Shown here in pieces: positions 42,057-53,814 of a DNA stretch of 64,000 nucleotides. The DNA comes from an uncultured Planctomycetaceae bacterium (GTDB lineage Bacteria > Planctomycetota > Planctomycetia > Isosphaerales > Isosphaeraceae), in the NCBI GenBank assembly GCA_963833985.1, contig CAWIAD010000002.1, positions 5,120,001 through 5,184,000 of the forward strand, in the 5' to 3' direction. The position numbers were made by a program, and so were the translations under genes. How positions within the stretch are numbered: the first letter of the stretch is position 1; every line of letters starts with the position of its first letter. Below the pieces are notes generated by a model. The model made no database searches, was not told the origin of the DNA, and worked only from the letters and a program-made list of their open reading frames with translations.

Positions 42057-45000
42057 ACCCTTTGAGCGTCCTGAGTGTCGCCTCGCAGTGCTCCATCACG
42101 TCCAGCGAATGCCCGGCGCAGGGCGATGCGTCCGAGCACAATTGCGTGCGCTCCAGGCCGCCTGCTGCCCCTGATGCGTCTGGCCGCGAGGTTTCCCCGG
42201 CCGCTTCGACCGTGCTGCGCAAGACGGCTCGCCAGGCTGGCCTGACGGCGGAACTCGCCTCCCGCCTGCTCTCCGGCACCAGCACGACCGGCGCAGGGTC
42301 GATCTCCGGCGAGCATCAGTGCTTGCTCGATGAGTTCACCGAGAAATGGACGAGGGGAGAGGTCCGCGATGTGGAGACCTACCTTGCCCACATCGCTGCG
42401 CCCTCGCCTTCGATCACCATCGAGTTGATCTACCGAGAGTACTGCCTGGCGGAACTCTCAGGAGCACAGCCGGACGCTGCGTCCATCTTGAAGCGGTTCC
42501 CGCAGCATCGAACGTTGCTCGAGCGCCTCTTTTCGGTCCACCGCGAGTGCTCTGCCTCTGAACTGGACAACTGGCTTGGGCCCGCCGCAGTCGAGGCTGT
42601 CTTACCCGAGGTCGGTGACGAGATCGGGCCCTACCTGTTACGGCGCGAGCTGGGCCGGGGATCGTTCGCACGAGTTTTTCTGGCCGAGCAATGCGACCTG
42701 GAAAACCGCCTGGTCATCCTCAAGCTCTCGACCACGCCCACCCGCGAGCCCTGGCTGCTGGCACGCGCACGGCATGCCCATATTGTCGAGATCCTGTCGC
42801 ACGCCATGGTGGATGACGGGGCGTTCCAACTCATCTGCATGCCCTTTCTGGGGGGTGCAACGCTGTCGGCCGTCCTGGAGGGGCGCCGCGCGAATCCACG
42901 ACCCCGCCGCGCACGCGGTGACTTGCTCGCCGATCTGGACGCCGTGGCCGCTCCGGAATACGCCAGCGTCAATCCATCTCGTCCGGCACGTGAAATCCTC
43001 GGCCGTCTAACCGATCCCCAAGCCTTGGCGTGGATCACGGCCCGGCTGGCCGATGCGCTGGACCACGCCGCACGGCCGCGACGTGACCCACGGCGACGTC
43101 AAGCCGTCGAACATCCTGCTCACCGCCGATGGCAACCCGATGCTCCTGGACTTCAACCTGGCACGGAACTGGTCTCTTGTGAAGACTGAAGGCCCGCCCG
43201 GCGACCTGGGCGGAACACTGGTCTACATGGCGCCCGAGCGGCTTCGATCGCTGGTACAGCGGGGCTCTCTCGAAGGCAAGGACGAGGGGTCCGACGAGCG
43301 GCCTGCTGGCGTCTGGGACGACCCACACCGATCTGATATCTACTCTCTGGGACTGGTACTGCTGGAAGGGCTCACCGGCGCGTCCCCGGCGGAGGTCATC
43401 CACGACGGTGCGGCCACGGTGGGTTCTTCCACCGGGATCCGCGCACTGGCTGAAGCGTATGCCCGGTTCCACGAGAATGGAGCCACAGCCGTGATTCGCG
43501 CCTTCGAGGCCGCGGGCCGTCGGACCGTCCCGGCTGGGCTGCGCGGAATTCTGGAACGCTGCCTCGCGGCTGAGCCCGCGCGGCGGTTTCGCCGGTCGCT
43601 CGAGCTCGCGGAAGACCTGGACCGCTGGCGATCAGACTTGCCGCTGGCCTACACCACCGAGCACTTCTGGTCGCAGACCCTGCCGCGCGCGGTCCGCCGC
43701 AACAGGAGGCCGCTCGTCGCTACGGGACTGGTCCTGTTCCTCGGATCGGTTGTCGCACTCCTGGTGGTCAGCCACGACCGCTCTCACGCGTTGCTCGAGA
43801 ACCTGGCCGAGGACAAGCTGGCGAGGATCTGGGACGACATCGAAGCGCACGCCTTCCAGTTCCAGCGCCCGGGCAGTCCACATCTTCAGGACCCAGACGA
43901 GCCCGAATTGCTGGCCGCTGCGATCCGCGCGCTCAAGGAATACGATGTCTTCAGTCGCGGCGACTGGCGAGAACGAGTAGACGTGCGGAGCTTGCCGGAG
44001 AGCGACCGCAACGAGCTGGTGCTCTGGCTCATGGAACAAGCCTACCGCTACTGCCACGCACTGAGTGACCGCCCCGGGTCGCCAGCAGACTGGCGCCGGG
44101 CCGTCCATGCACTCGACCAGGTGCGTACAAGATCGGCACTTCAAGCCATGGAGCGGTTGCGCCATCGGCTCGAAGGCCGGATTGAAGCGACACAACCAGG
44201 TCCCTCGGCAGAGCGACAGCTCGTCCCAACGGTCGCTCGACAAGTGGTGCCTGAGGACGCCACGGTCGCCCCGCTAGATCCGCCCTGGCTGGACGACTAT
44301 TTGCTGGGTATCGAGGCAGAGGTTGACGGCGCGGCTAACCCTGAGCTGGTCCTCAAGCGCCAGGGCCAGGTATCAGGCCGGGGTCCAACCGAGTTCGACG
44401 CGAACGCGGAACCAACCGCCGAAATAGCTCCCGGCCTGCCCCGGGCGGCAGCAAGAGCCTTGCACTATTACGAGCGCGTCCTGTCCCGCTGTCCGGAGTC
44501 GTTCTGGGGCCATTATCGGGCCGCGGTCGTCTGCTTCCAGCTAAAGGAATGGTCCGAAGCCACCAGGCATCTCGAACGCTGTCTGAGACGGCGTTCACAG
44601 AATGCCGCCCTGCGCGGCCAGTTTGCCGCCTGCCTTCTCCAGCTCGGCTACCCGGATGATGCCTTCACGGAGGTCAGCCGTGCGGTGGACTCGTCGCCGG
44701 ATTACGCGGAGTTCTATCGCTCGCGTGCCTTCGTCCGCGTCAGTCGCGGTCAGATTGAAGGGCTGGAGGACGACCTGGGGCGCTTTGAGCTGCTCACCAG
44801 GCGGCTGACGCGGGCCTTCTTCCGCGATCCCCCGGGTCAGACCGCCGGGAATCCCCGATCTGCCCTGGTGCCGGCATCGCAGCGCGTCCTCGACCTGGAG
44901 ATGAACCCGCAGTTCACGGCCCAACCAGGCGACCCGCTGGTGGAACCCGAGGAGATTCAGCCTGATGAGCTTGACGCCCGCCTTGCGCTGGCGGCCACGA

Positions 45001-45602
45001 TCATCGGCAAGGTCAGTGCGAAACCGGCGCGTGAGGATGTCGGCCTGGTTGAGCACGACACTCCAATAGCAAAGATCAGCACCCCGGCGGCGCTCAAGAT
45101 CGCGGACGCCGAACTCGAGAAGATCCTCGTTCTCGACCCGCAGCACGTCACCGCCCGCATGGAACGGATGATGCAATACCTGGAGCTCGGACGATACCGC
45201 GAGGCCCGCAACGATCTCGATGTCGTCCTCGACCGCGCCCTGCTGATCCGATATCTCCGTGAAGACCCACAGGGCTTCAAATTCTTCTATCTTGCGGCTC
45301 AGCGGTTCGCCCGCTACGGTCTGCACGCCGAGGCTTTGAAGCTGGCAGACATGGCGGTTCGTTGTAGCAACGAGCTGAGGCGATATCAGGGCCGGTCGCA
45401 TTACTACAAGGCGACCGTGCTGAGCCTCGCCGCACGATCCGAACCGGCCCAGGCCGCCCTCGCCGCACAGGAGCTTCGGTTCGCGTTTCTGGCCAACCCC
45501 AGGTACAAGGAGTGGTACCAGCGCGACAGGCTCTTCGACCCGGTGCGGATCCAGGTCGACGCGGCGCTCGATCAGTCACCCGAAATCAGCAGGGTCGAGT
45601 AA
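42047..45602 (+). CDS. Membrane Ser/Thr protein kinase with C-terminal TPRs (frameshift ~43070)
   Basis: LGRGSFARVFLA, VILK, HGDVKPSN, LDFNLA, GTLVYMAPE, SDIYSLG; one TM; TPR-like helices. Confidence 0.88.
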
Positions 45603-45689
45603 CTTCCTCCGCACCTGTCAGCGCGGATGCCGATCTCTGCCGGTGCAACGCCGGCAGCCTGGATCGATCGGATCCGCGGGGCGAACGGT

Positions 45690-46466
45690 TCAGTGGCCGG
45701 CGTGTCGTCTCCCGGCCCGCCACTTCGACACTCCGCAGCTCACACATCCAGAATGGCTGTCCGCGGTGCCGCAGTCCGCGGACTGCCTCGGACCTTCGAC
45801 CGCCTCGGCCGCGCTCACGGATTGACCGGCAAGTGAGGCACGACTGCAACCCCCGTCCCCACAATCACAGTCTCCGCACCGCCGGGACATCGCGGGATCT
45901 GATGGAGGCGGCTCAATGCCCGAACCGTTCGCTACGGCCGGCTCGAGATGAATATCCAGATTCAGTCGAGCGCGAAACTCGGCGCGCAGCAACGAGACTT
46001 CACCATCCACCGCGCCCAGCACGTGGAGGATTGTCGTCTCCGGGTCCAGCAACGGCTCGACATCAATCAACTCCAGCGGCCATCCCCCATCCTGGAGGAT
46101 CCGCAGGCAGAGCGGAAACCGCTCGGCACCGAGCCATCGCGATCGCCTGGCATCCTCCAGATCGGCCTGCGCGGCCAGGCGCAGCAGCGCGGGATGATCC
46201 AGGCCGGAACGGGTGTGGGAATCTGGCTCGCGGTTTTCTGGTCCGGAAAATGACAGGCCCGGCTGCGCCTCCCGAGAGGCCTCGGAGGAGCTGTATGGGC
46301 CTCCAGCGACAAGCACCTCACCGAGCTCGACCCCGCGATCGGTCTGAACCACCACGGCCTGCCCGCGCTTCAGACGCGCGGTAAAGCCTGCGCCGGGATC
46401 AACCCGGAATCGTCCCACGTGGCCCATGAGTCCATAGCGAACCAGGCAAGCCGGCACTTCGTCCAT
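45690..46466 (-). CDS. PSP1/RicT(YaaT)-like protein with Cys-rich tail
   Basis: LVRYGLMG, VVVQTDRGVELGEV, LIDVEPLLD, CGDCDCGDGGC...GCVSC. Confidence 0.65.
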   Translation of the reverse strand: MDEVPACLVRYGLMGHVGRFRVDPGAGFTARLKRGQAVVVQTDRGVELGEVLVAGGPYSSSEASREAQPGLSFSGPENREPDSHTRSGLDHPALLRLAAQADLEDARRSRWLGAERFPLCLRILQDGGWPLELIDVEPLLDPETTILHVLGAVDGEVSLLRAEFRARLNLDIHLEPAVANGSGIEPPPSDPAMSRRCGDCDCGDGGCSRASLAGQSVSAAEAVEGPRQSADCGTADSHSGCVSCGVSKWRAGRRHAGH

Positions 46467-46802
46467 GGCATGATCTCAATCGGCAGAAGCCCAGCCTGGC
46501 TCTTCAGGCCCGAGGGGCCAGTCTCATCGGCATTCCATGAGACAGGAATTACCTGTTCCTGGCAAGGTGCCATGCCCGATCACCAGTCTCCCTGACAGGC
46601 ACTGATTGGCGGACAAGGGAAACATTTGAACAGAACGGGTGTCAGAAGGGTCGGGTTCACGCGACTGCCGACGAGTTCTATAATTGCAAATCCTGAAGTC
46701 AGTGCCAATGGAGAGCCGCATCCGGGATGAGCCGTGAAACCGGACGCGCTTTCGACCGGGGGGAGTCGGTGACGTGCGTGTGGAATGCACAAGGCAAAGC
46801 CG

Positions 46803-48989
46803 ATGAGCCAGGCGCGATGCACCCTGAGCGTGCAAGGGCTGGATTGCCCCAACGAGATCGGTATCCTGCGCGCGCGCTGGAGGGCCTGCCCGGCGTCCAC
46901 CGCCTGGGATTTGACCTGATCAACGGGTTGATGACCGTGGATTATGAGTCCGGTGTGACCGATCCAGCCCTGCTCTTGCGGCGGGTTCGCGAGCAGGCGG
47001 GTATGCACGCGGAGCTGGCCGGACAGCCTGCGCCGTCGGCTCCCGCGAAGCCTCACTGGTGGACGCGCAACGGGCGCTGGGCCGCGACCCTCAGTTCCGG
47101 GCTGATGCTGGCGGTCGGCCTGGTGGCAGTCTGGTCGGGCAGGATGCTCGGACTTGATCAGCAAACCCTGCGGAGGCTGGTCGAGAGTTGTTTCGCCGCC
47201 TCGGTGTGTTGCGGGGGCGTCTGGCTCGGTCCCCGCGCGTTTCAGAGTGTCCGCCGCTTCCGGATGGACATCGATGTGCTCATGGCGCTGGCCATCCTGG
47301 GTGCGATCGTGCTGGGGCAGTGGGACGAGGCGGCCACCGTGGCCTTCCTCTTCGGGCTTTCCGAGTCGCTCGAGTCTCTCAGCCTGGAGCGCGCCCGGCG
47401 GGCGATCCGCAGCCTTCTCGAGGTGGCACCCCAGAACGCCGAACGAATCTCGGCCGACGGATCCACCGAGCGAATCCCCGCGGGGCAGGTTCGTACGGGC
47501 GACCGCGTCCTGGTTCGGGCCGGCGATACCATCCCGATCGACGGCCTTGTGACCAGGGGACGGTCGAGCGTGGATCAGAAGTCGATCACGGGCGAGTCCG
47601 TCCCGGTGGACCGCGGTCCCGGCGACCCCGTCTACGCGGGGACGGTCAGCGGGGAAGGCACGCTCGAGATCGAGGCCAGCGGTCCGGCGAGCCATTCCTT
47701 GATTGCGCGGATCGTGGCCCAGGTCCGCGAGGCGCAGTCGGGACGGGCGGCCGTCGAGCGGCGGATCAGCCGGTTCGCCGCCGTCTATACGCCCATCGTC
47801 GTGGCCCTCTCACTCCTGGTCATGATCGCTCCACCGCTATTGTCCTGGGCGTCGGCGGCGAACCGCGCCATGCCCGACGGGTCGGTCTGGCAGGCCTGGT
47901 TCTACAAGGGGCTGGTGATCCTGGTCATTGCGTGCCCGTGTGCCCTGGTCATCGCCACGCCGGTGGCCGTGGTCAGCGGCCTGGCGGCGGCAGCCAGGGC
48001 GGGAGTGCTCATCAAGGGGGGTGAATTCCTGGAGGAGATTGGTCGCCTCCGTGCCCTGGCCTTCGACAAGACCGGAACGCTCACGCTCGGCCAGCCGGAC
48101 GTCGTTGAGGTGGTCTGTGCCCCGGGGAACGATGATCAGGAGCAGGTGCTACGCATCGCCGCGGCACTCGGGGACCGGGGCGGCCATGTTCTGGGGAAGG
48201 CCATTGCGCGCGATCGCGCGGCTTGCGGCTGGACGTGCCCATGGCCGACGATTACCACGCCATTCCGGGCAAGGGCGCGCTCGGACGGGTGGACGCGGTC
48301 GAGTACCACGTGGGAAGCCACCGCTACATCGACGAGGCCGGACTCTGCCATCCGGCCTTCCATGACGAGCTGGGCAAGGCGGAGAACGGAGTCGGAACAT
48401 CGGTGGCCATCACCACGCCGTCCGGTCCGCTGGGCTGGATTCGTCTGGCCGACCAGCCTCGGCCCGAGGCGGCAGGAGTTGTCGCCGCGCTGCATGAGCT
48501 GGGGCTCCGCACGATCATGCTCACCGGGGACAATGCCCGGACGGCCTCCGCGATGGCCCGCGCGCTGGGCGTCGGCGAAGAACGCGCCGAGCTCCTGCCT
48601 GCCGATAAGGTTTCCGCCATCTCGGATCTCTCCGCCCGCCATGGTCCCACCGGCATGGTCGGCGACGGCGTCAATGACGCCCCTGCCCTGGCCGCGGCCC
48701 GGGTGAGCATTGCCCTCGGCGGCATCTCCAGCGGCGCCGCGCTGGAAACCGCCGACATCGTCCTGATGGGGGACGACTTCGCCGCCTCCCCTGGCTGATT
48801 CGCCACAGTCGCGCCACCCTCCGGCGCATCCGGCAGAATATCGCCCTGGCCCTTCTCACCAAGGCTTTCGTGCTCTTCCTGGCTCTTTTTGGATACGCGA
48901 ATCTGTGGATGGCCATCGCCGCGGATGTCGGCACGACGCTCGTGGTGATCGCCAATTCACTGCGGCTGCTCCGCCCGGAAGGCCGCTGA
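46803..48989 (+). CDS. P1B-type heavy-metal (Zn/Cd/Pb-type) ATPase (frameshifts ~46870, ~48212, ~48779)
   Basis: HMA-like GLDCPNE, TGES, CPC, DKTGT, TGDN, GDGVNDAPAL, TM7 Lys and ADVG in TM8. Confidence 0.9.
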
Positions 48990-49118
48990 CCCTTCCTGGT
49001 GGTGGCACGCCTCTCCCTTCACGACGGCCCGATTTGATTGCGTGACGGCACCGTTTTTTCTGGCAGAAACAAAGAATTCCGCCCCCGCGACCTGCAACAT
49101 CACGTTTTGAGAGCTGGC

Positions 49119-49814
49119 ATGGACCTTTTGCACCCCCGAGAACCGATCAATACGTGGAGCCATGGATTGTGGCTGCTAATCGCCCTGGCCGGCATCATCG
49201 TGCTCTGGCAGCGAGGTCGCGGCGACCGCGCCAAGCAGGCGAGTCTCCTGGTCTACGGGTTTTGCCTGGTGTTCTGTTCGTTGTGCAGTACGCTCTATCA
49301 CGGCGTTCGGCTTCCTCCTAGGAGCATCAGGCCGTTCGAGCTTCTGGATCATGTCGGGATCTACATGCTCATCGCGGGAACCTATACGCCGATTGCCTGG
49401 TCGTTCCTGCGGCGGCACTGGAGAAGCGGTGTTCTCGGCCTGGTGTGGTTCTGGGCGGCAGTGGGGATCACGATCCGTCTCACGCATGAGTCCTTGCCGA
49501 TCTGGCTGTCCACGGGGTTCTACCTGGGAATGGGATGGGGCGCCATCTTCTGCTACTTCGAGATGGCACGCCGACTGTCTCATCGCGCGATGTTCCCCAT
49601 TGTCGCAGGCGGTGTTCTCTATACCGTGGGAGCCATCTTCAATCTCCTCAAGGAACCGGTTCTGTGGCCCGGGGTGTTTCAGGCCCACGAGCTCTTCCAC
49701 CTCTTCGTGGTGGCCGCAAGCATGTGCCATTTCTACTTCATGGTCTCGGTGGTGGTTCCGTCCGAGATCGAAGCTCAACCCACGGCCGGGTGTGCTCTGG
49801 GACTCGAGTCATAG
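49119..49814 (+). CDS. Hemolysin III/PAQR family membrane protein
   Basis: REPINTWSH, STLYH, LDHVGIYMLIAGTYTP, HELFHLFV. Confidence 0.92.
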   Translation: MDLLHPREPINTWSHGLWLLIALAGIIVLWQRGRGDRAKQASLLVYGFCLVFCSLCSTLYHGVRLPPRSIRPFELLDHVGIYMLIAGTYTPIAWSFLRRHWRSGVLGLVWFWAAVGITIRLTHESLPIWLSTGFYLGMGWGAIFCYFEMARRLSHRAMFPIVAGGVLYTVGAIFNLLKEPVLWPGVFQAHELFHLFVVAASMCHFYFMVSVVVPSEIEAQPTAGCALGLES

Positions 49815-51125
49815 CTCGGGACTCGAACCGCCCCCCCCGTAGAGACGAGAAGCAACCGACTGAACGAACTTCAGGAGCCTCTGAAGACCCCACCCTGCCC
49901 AACCCTCCCGCGCAGGCTCAGCCTGCGAGCGGCTCCGCGCATAGGGTTCAGAGGGCTGGGCGTTGAGGGTTGGCTGGCCCTGCGCCTGAAGTGATTCGAT
50001 CTCGCGCTCGAGGTCGGCCACGCCGGCGACGCTCGTGAGCACTTCGAGTGTCGTCTCGACCACGTAGCGTCCATCCACGGGGAGGGTGACCACCCGGTCC
50101 CTGGACTTCTCGAAGGCTTTGGGATTGGGATAATTCGTGCCGGGCTCCAGCCCCGTGACGTAACCCTCGCGCTGGCCGGCGGTGTTCTTCCAGAGCGTGA
50201 AGCAGGGAAGCTGGTCCTTGTGAAAGCGCAGTACGACGGCCTTGTCGCCCTCGCTGTTCCTCAGCATGGCGAGCGTTTCGCTGCCGCGGCCTGATTGTGC
50301 GTGTAGCTCGTAGAAGTAAACTTGCTCGTTGAAACCTGGCTCGGGCGGCCTGAAGCGAAGATGCTCCGCGAGGCCCTCCGCGGCGTGGGCGTCTCGCGGG
50401 GTGATCGCCCGCAAGGGAGCGGCAAAGCGTGCGCCCGCTTCCAGAAACGGGGGCCCGAAGTTCCAGTGGTAAAGGACCTGCATGTCCACGGGCCGGTCCC
50501 TCAGGTTCACGAACTCGTCGCGCACGACCAGCCGGTTGGACCCGGGGATTGTCGAGACCTTGCAGATCATCCGGACTTGCGGACCAAAGAGGTGCGACTC
50601 CTCGACGTGCCCTTCAACAGTAATCTCGTGGGGAGGCTGATCGGCCACGTGCACCGCGACGAACGAGGCCGGCGTGTTGGCGATCTTGCCGTGCAAGCCG
50701 TAAGTCGTGTTGCTCTCCGAGCCATCGGCCTGCCTGACCTTGATCTCGAAAGGAGCGCCACTCCAGCCAAGACCGCAACGCGCCAGCAACTCGTCGAAGC
50801 CGTCTAGCCAGCCCAGGCCGCCAAGACCGCTCAGGTTTACGAAAGCCGGATTTACGGGACCGTCGGTCACCGGGGAATCCCAGCCCAGCCGGAAGTCCTG
50901 GTACGAGCCTTTCCACAGCCCCATCCCGCGTGTGGGAATGACCGCAAAGGAAATGGCTCCGCCCTGGACCTCGACCAGATCGACGCCGTCCCTGCGACCC
51001 CCACGCAGCCTTCGTTTGCGCACCGAGCAGCGGGATGGCGAGGAGAGGCCCAGGCTCTGTTCGTCGATCCTGAAGTCTTCCACCCACACGTCGTGGGCCA
51101 GATCGGTGAGCACGAAGGTCGCCAT
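49809..51125 (-). CDS. DUF4432 aldose-1-epimerase-like protein (true stop probably ~49918 after a frameshift at ~49937)
   Basis: IPTRGMG, GLGWLDGF, LHGKIAN, YHWNFG, YVTGLEPGTNYP. Confidence 0.85.
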   Translation of the reverse strand: MATFVLTDLAHDVWVEDFRIDEQSLGLSSPSRCSVRKRRLRGGRRDGVDLVEVQGGAISFAVIPTRGMGLWKGSYQDFRLGWDSPVTDGPVNPAFVNLSGLGGLGWLDGFDELLARCGLGWSGAPFEIKVRQADGSESNTTYGLHGKIANTPASFVAVHVADQPPHEITVEGHVEESHLFGPQVRMICKVSTIPGSNRLVVRDEFVNLRDRPVDMQVLYHWNFGPPFLEAGARFAAPLRAITPRDAHAAEGLAEHLRFRPPEPGFNEQVYFYELHAQSGRGSETLAMLRNSEGDKAVVLRFHKDQLPCFTLWKNTAGQREGYVTGLEPGTNYPNPKAFEKSRDRVVTLPVDGRYVVETTLEVLTSVAGVADLEREIESLQAQGQPTLNAQPSEPYARSRSQAEPAREGWAGWGLQRLLKFVQSVASRLYGGGGSSPEL

Positions 51126-51463
51126 GGCGGTTCGCTCTTGCGTTTGGTGGATGTTGTGGGGGAGCGGCCGGTGTCCTGTAGCATGCGCCAGAGACATTGC
51201 CGGGGCAATGACCCTCCCGGCGATCCGCCTGGGCCTCTTGCATGGTTGACTCGAAGCGCCGCTCGCGATTAGCCTGAGCAGAGCGCACCAGTCGCCTTCG
51301 CGGCCGGATTCTCTCACTTCGGGGCCCGATTTGAGCGTTCCTGCTGAATTTCATCAGAGCAGCCGGTCGAGCGTCGAACTCCTCAACACGATTACCTCAC
51401 CAGAAGGAGTGCACCGCCATGGCGCAGCCTCACGACTTGCATGACCGAGAGGCGGAGAACTGC

Positions 51464-52453
51464 ATGGAACTGTCGCGCCGCGATCTCTTGCGGACCCTCA
51501 GTGCGGGAGTCCTCGCGGGATCCGTCCCGCTGCTGGGCCAGACGGCGGCCGCCCGCGCCGGGCAAGACAAGGTCGGGCCGTCTGCATCCGAGCGTGCCGA
51601 GACGGCTGTGGCGCGATTCTACACTTCGCTCTCGAAGGACCAGCGGCAGCGCATCTGCTTCCCGTTCAACCACCCGCTTCGCTCGGTGGTCAAGAACAAC
51701 TGGGCCATCGTCGACCCGAGCATCGGTGACATGAACAAGGATCAGCAGGCGCTTTGCCGCGAGATCATGAAGGGCCTTTGCAGCGACGAGGGCTACGAGC
51801 GATTCATGAAGCAGATGAGCGACGACGAGGCGGACGGATTTGCCGCCTACCACGTGGCCGTCTTCGGCGAGCCGGGAACCGACAAGCCGTTCGAGTGGGT
51901 CCTGACCGGACGGCATGACACCCTCCGGGCCGATGGCAACAGCCTCGAGGGGGCCGCGTTCGGCGGACCGATTTTCTACGGGCACGCTGCCGACGGCCAC
52001 TTCAACGAGGACGCCAAGCACACCAACAACGTCTGGTGGTACCAGGGCGAGCAAGCCAACAAGATTTTCCAGACGCTGGATGACAAGCAGCAGGCCGAGG
52101 CGCTGATCAACAAGGGGGAGGAGGACGACTCGCGAAGCGTCCAGCTGAAAGGACCGAAGCTGGCTCCCCGCGGCCTGGCGGTCGCCGGGCTGGACAGCCA
52201 GCAGAAGGAGATGGTCCGGGTGCTCCTGGAGATGATGCTTCGTCCTTTCCGGGCCTGCGACGCCCTCGAGGTCCAGGAATGCCTCGCCTCTGCTGGCGGT
52301 CCTGACAAGCTGCGGCTCACCTACTTCAAGGAAGGCGATATCGGCCAGGACAGGATCTGGGATATCTGGAAGCTGGAAGGCCCTGCCTTCGCCTGGTACT
52401 TCCGGGGGTCCCCTCACGTGCACACCTGGCTGAACGTGGCTCGGAAGGCCTGA
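51464..52453 (+). CDS. Tat-exported DUF3500-family protein
   Basis: SRRDLL twin-arginine signal; LTGRHDT, GGPIFYG, FRGSPHVH. Confidence 0.75.
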   Translation: MELSRRDLLRTLSAGVLAGSVPLLGQTAAARAGQDKVGPSASERAETAVARFYTSLSKDQRQRICFPFNHPLRSVVKNNWAIVDPSIGDMNKDQQALCREIMKGLCSDEGYERFMKQMSDDEADGFAAYHVAVFGEPGTDKPFEWVLTGRHDTLRADGNSLEGAAFGGPIFYGHAADGHFNEDAKHTNNVWWYQGEQANKIFQTLDDKQQAEALINKGEEDDSRSVQLKGPKLAPRGLAVAGLDSQQKEMVRVLLEMMLRPFRACDALEVQECLASAGGPDKLRLTYFKEGDIGQDRIWDIWKLEGPAFAWYFRGSPHVHTWLNVARKA

Positions 52454-52698
52454 ACCTGCCGGCAAGAGCCAGATCTCGGGCCCGGGTCGCTTTCGAGGTC
52501 CCGGGCCAACTGCACCCGAATCGCCGGCCTCGTGGCCGGCATGTACCAGCCGGATCGAAAAGGCGCCGTGGGCCACTACCAGGCTCTTGACGGCGGAAGT
52601 GGTGGTTCCAGAGAATTCAATGCGAGCTACGAGATCCATGACGGATCATTCCCTGCGATACCTGGATTGGTTTCCAACAACGTGAGCGAGGCGGCCCC

Positions 52699-53727
52699 AT
52701 GAGAGCGATCTGTGTACGGATCGGTATCGTTGCGTTAGCCGGTAGCGGGCTCGTCGCCGCTTCGTCTCAGCCCCCGCGTCCGGCTTCCACCCCGGCCGCG
52801 CCGGCTACCGCGCAGCCAGCCAACGCGCAACCGCCAGCAGCGCCGGCGGTCCCGCCGGAGCAGAAAGCGATTGCCGACCGGATCGCGGGATTCGCGAACG
52901 CCTTCAGCACGGCCGACGCAAGGGCCCTTGCCGACTTCTTCACCAGCGAGGTCGTGGTGACCGATCCCGAGGGCGCCGAGACGCGCGGCAAAGATGCCGT
53001 GACCCAGATGTATGCCGCCTCATTGCAGGAGAACCCGGGCCTGCGGCTCGAATCGCAGGTCGAGGAGACTCGCTTCATCACAGCCGACGTCGCCCGGGTG
53101 GAAGGACGGTCAAGGCTCTTCTCGGCCAAGGGCGACGCCGCGGAGTTCACCCGCTTCAGTGCGCTGCTCGTCCGCAAGAACGGGCTCTGGCAAGCCGCCG
53201 AACTTCGGGAATCGGCCGCGCCGGCCGAAGACGTCGCCCCCTATGACCGGCTCAAGGAGCTCGAGTGGATGGTCGGGCACTGGATCGACGACAGCGGGAC
53301 GAACCGGGTCGAGGCCGACGTTCGCTGGGCGGACAACAACAGCTATCTCGTCCGCACCTACAGTGCCCAGGTACAGGGCCAGAAGCCGACCTCCGGCACC
53401 ACGTTCATCGGCTGGGATCCGCAATCCGGCCAGATCAAGTCCTGGAACTTCGACTCCGATGGCGGCCATGGCGAGGGTCTCTGGACCCGGACCAACGAGA
53501 CGGTGTGGGTCGTCAAGGCTCAGGGCGTACTGCGCGACGGCCGCCCGACGTCCGCAACTCTCATCCACACAACGCTCAACAAGGATTCGATCAAGACCAA
53601 CTCGGTCGACCGTATCGTTGGCGGCCAGGTGGCTCCCGACATTACCGACGTGGTGATGGTCCGTCAGCCGCCCCAGCCAGGTCTGGCTACGCCCGCCTCG
53701 GGCGCTGCCGCAGGAGCTCCGAAGTAA
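52699..53727 (+). CDS. Secreted SgcJ/EcaC (DUF4440, NTF2-like) two-domain protein
   Basis: Signal peptide, AFSTADARALADFF, RFITADVARVEG, LKELEWMVGHW, IGWDP...SWNFDSDGG. Confidence 0.78.
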   Translation: MRAICVRIGIVALAGSGLVAASSQPPRPASTPAAPATAQPANAQPPAAPAVPPEQKAIADRIAGFANAFSTADARALADFFTSEVVVTDPEGAETRGKDAVTQMYAASLQENPGLRLESQVEETRFITADVARVEGRSRLFSAKGDAAEFTRFSALLVRKNGLWQAAELRESAAPAEDVAPYDRLKELEWMVGHWIDDSGTNRVEADVRWADNNSYLVRTYSAQVQGQKPTSGTTFIGWDPQSGQIKSWNFDSDGGHGEGLWTRTNETVWVVKAQGVLRDGRPTSATLIHTTLNKDSIKTNSVDRIVGGQVAPDITDVVMVRQPPQPGLATPASGAAAGAPK

Positions 53728-53814
53728 CGTCTCAGCGGATCCTTGCCTTCGACATTCCATGTGACATACCAATCCCTCGTCTTCTCCGGCCGGAATGGGC
53801 CTTCGAGGATCTTT

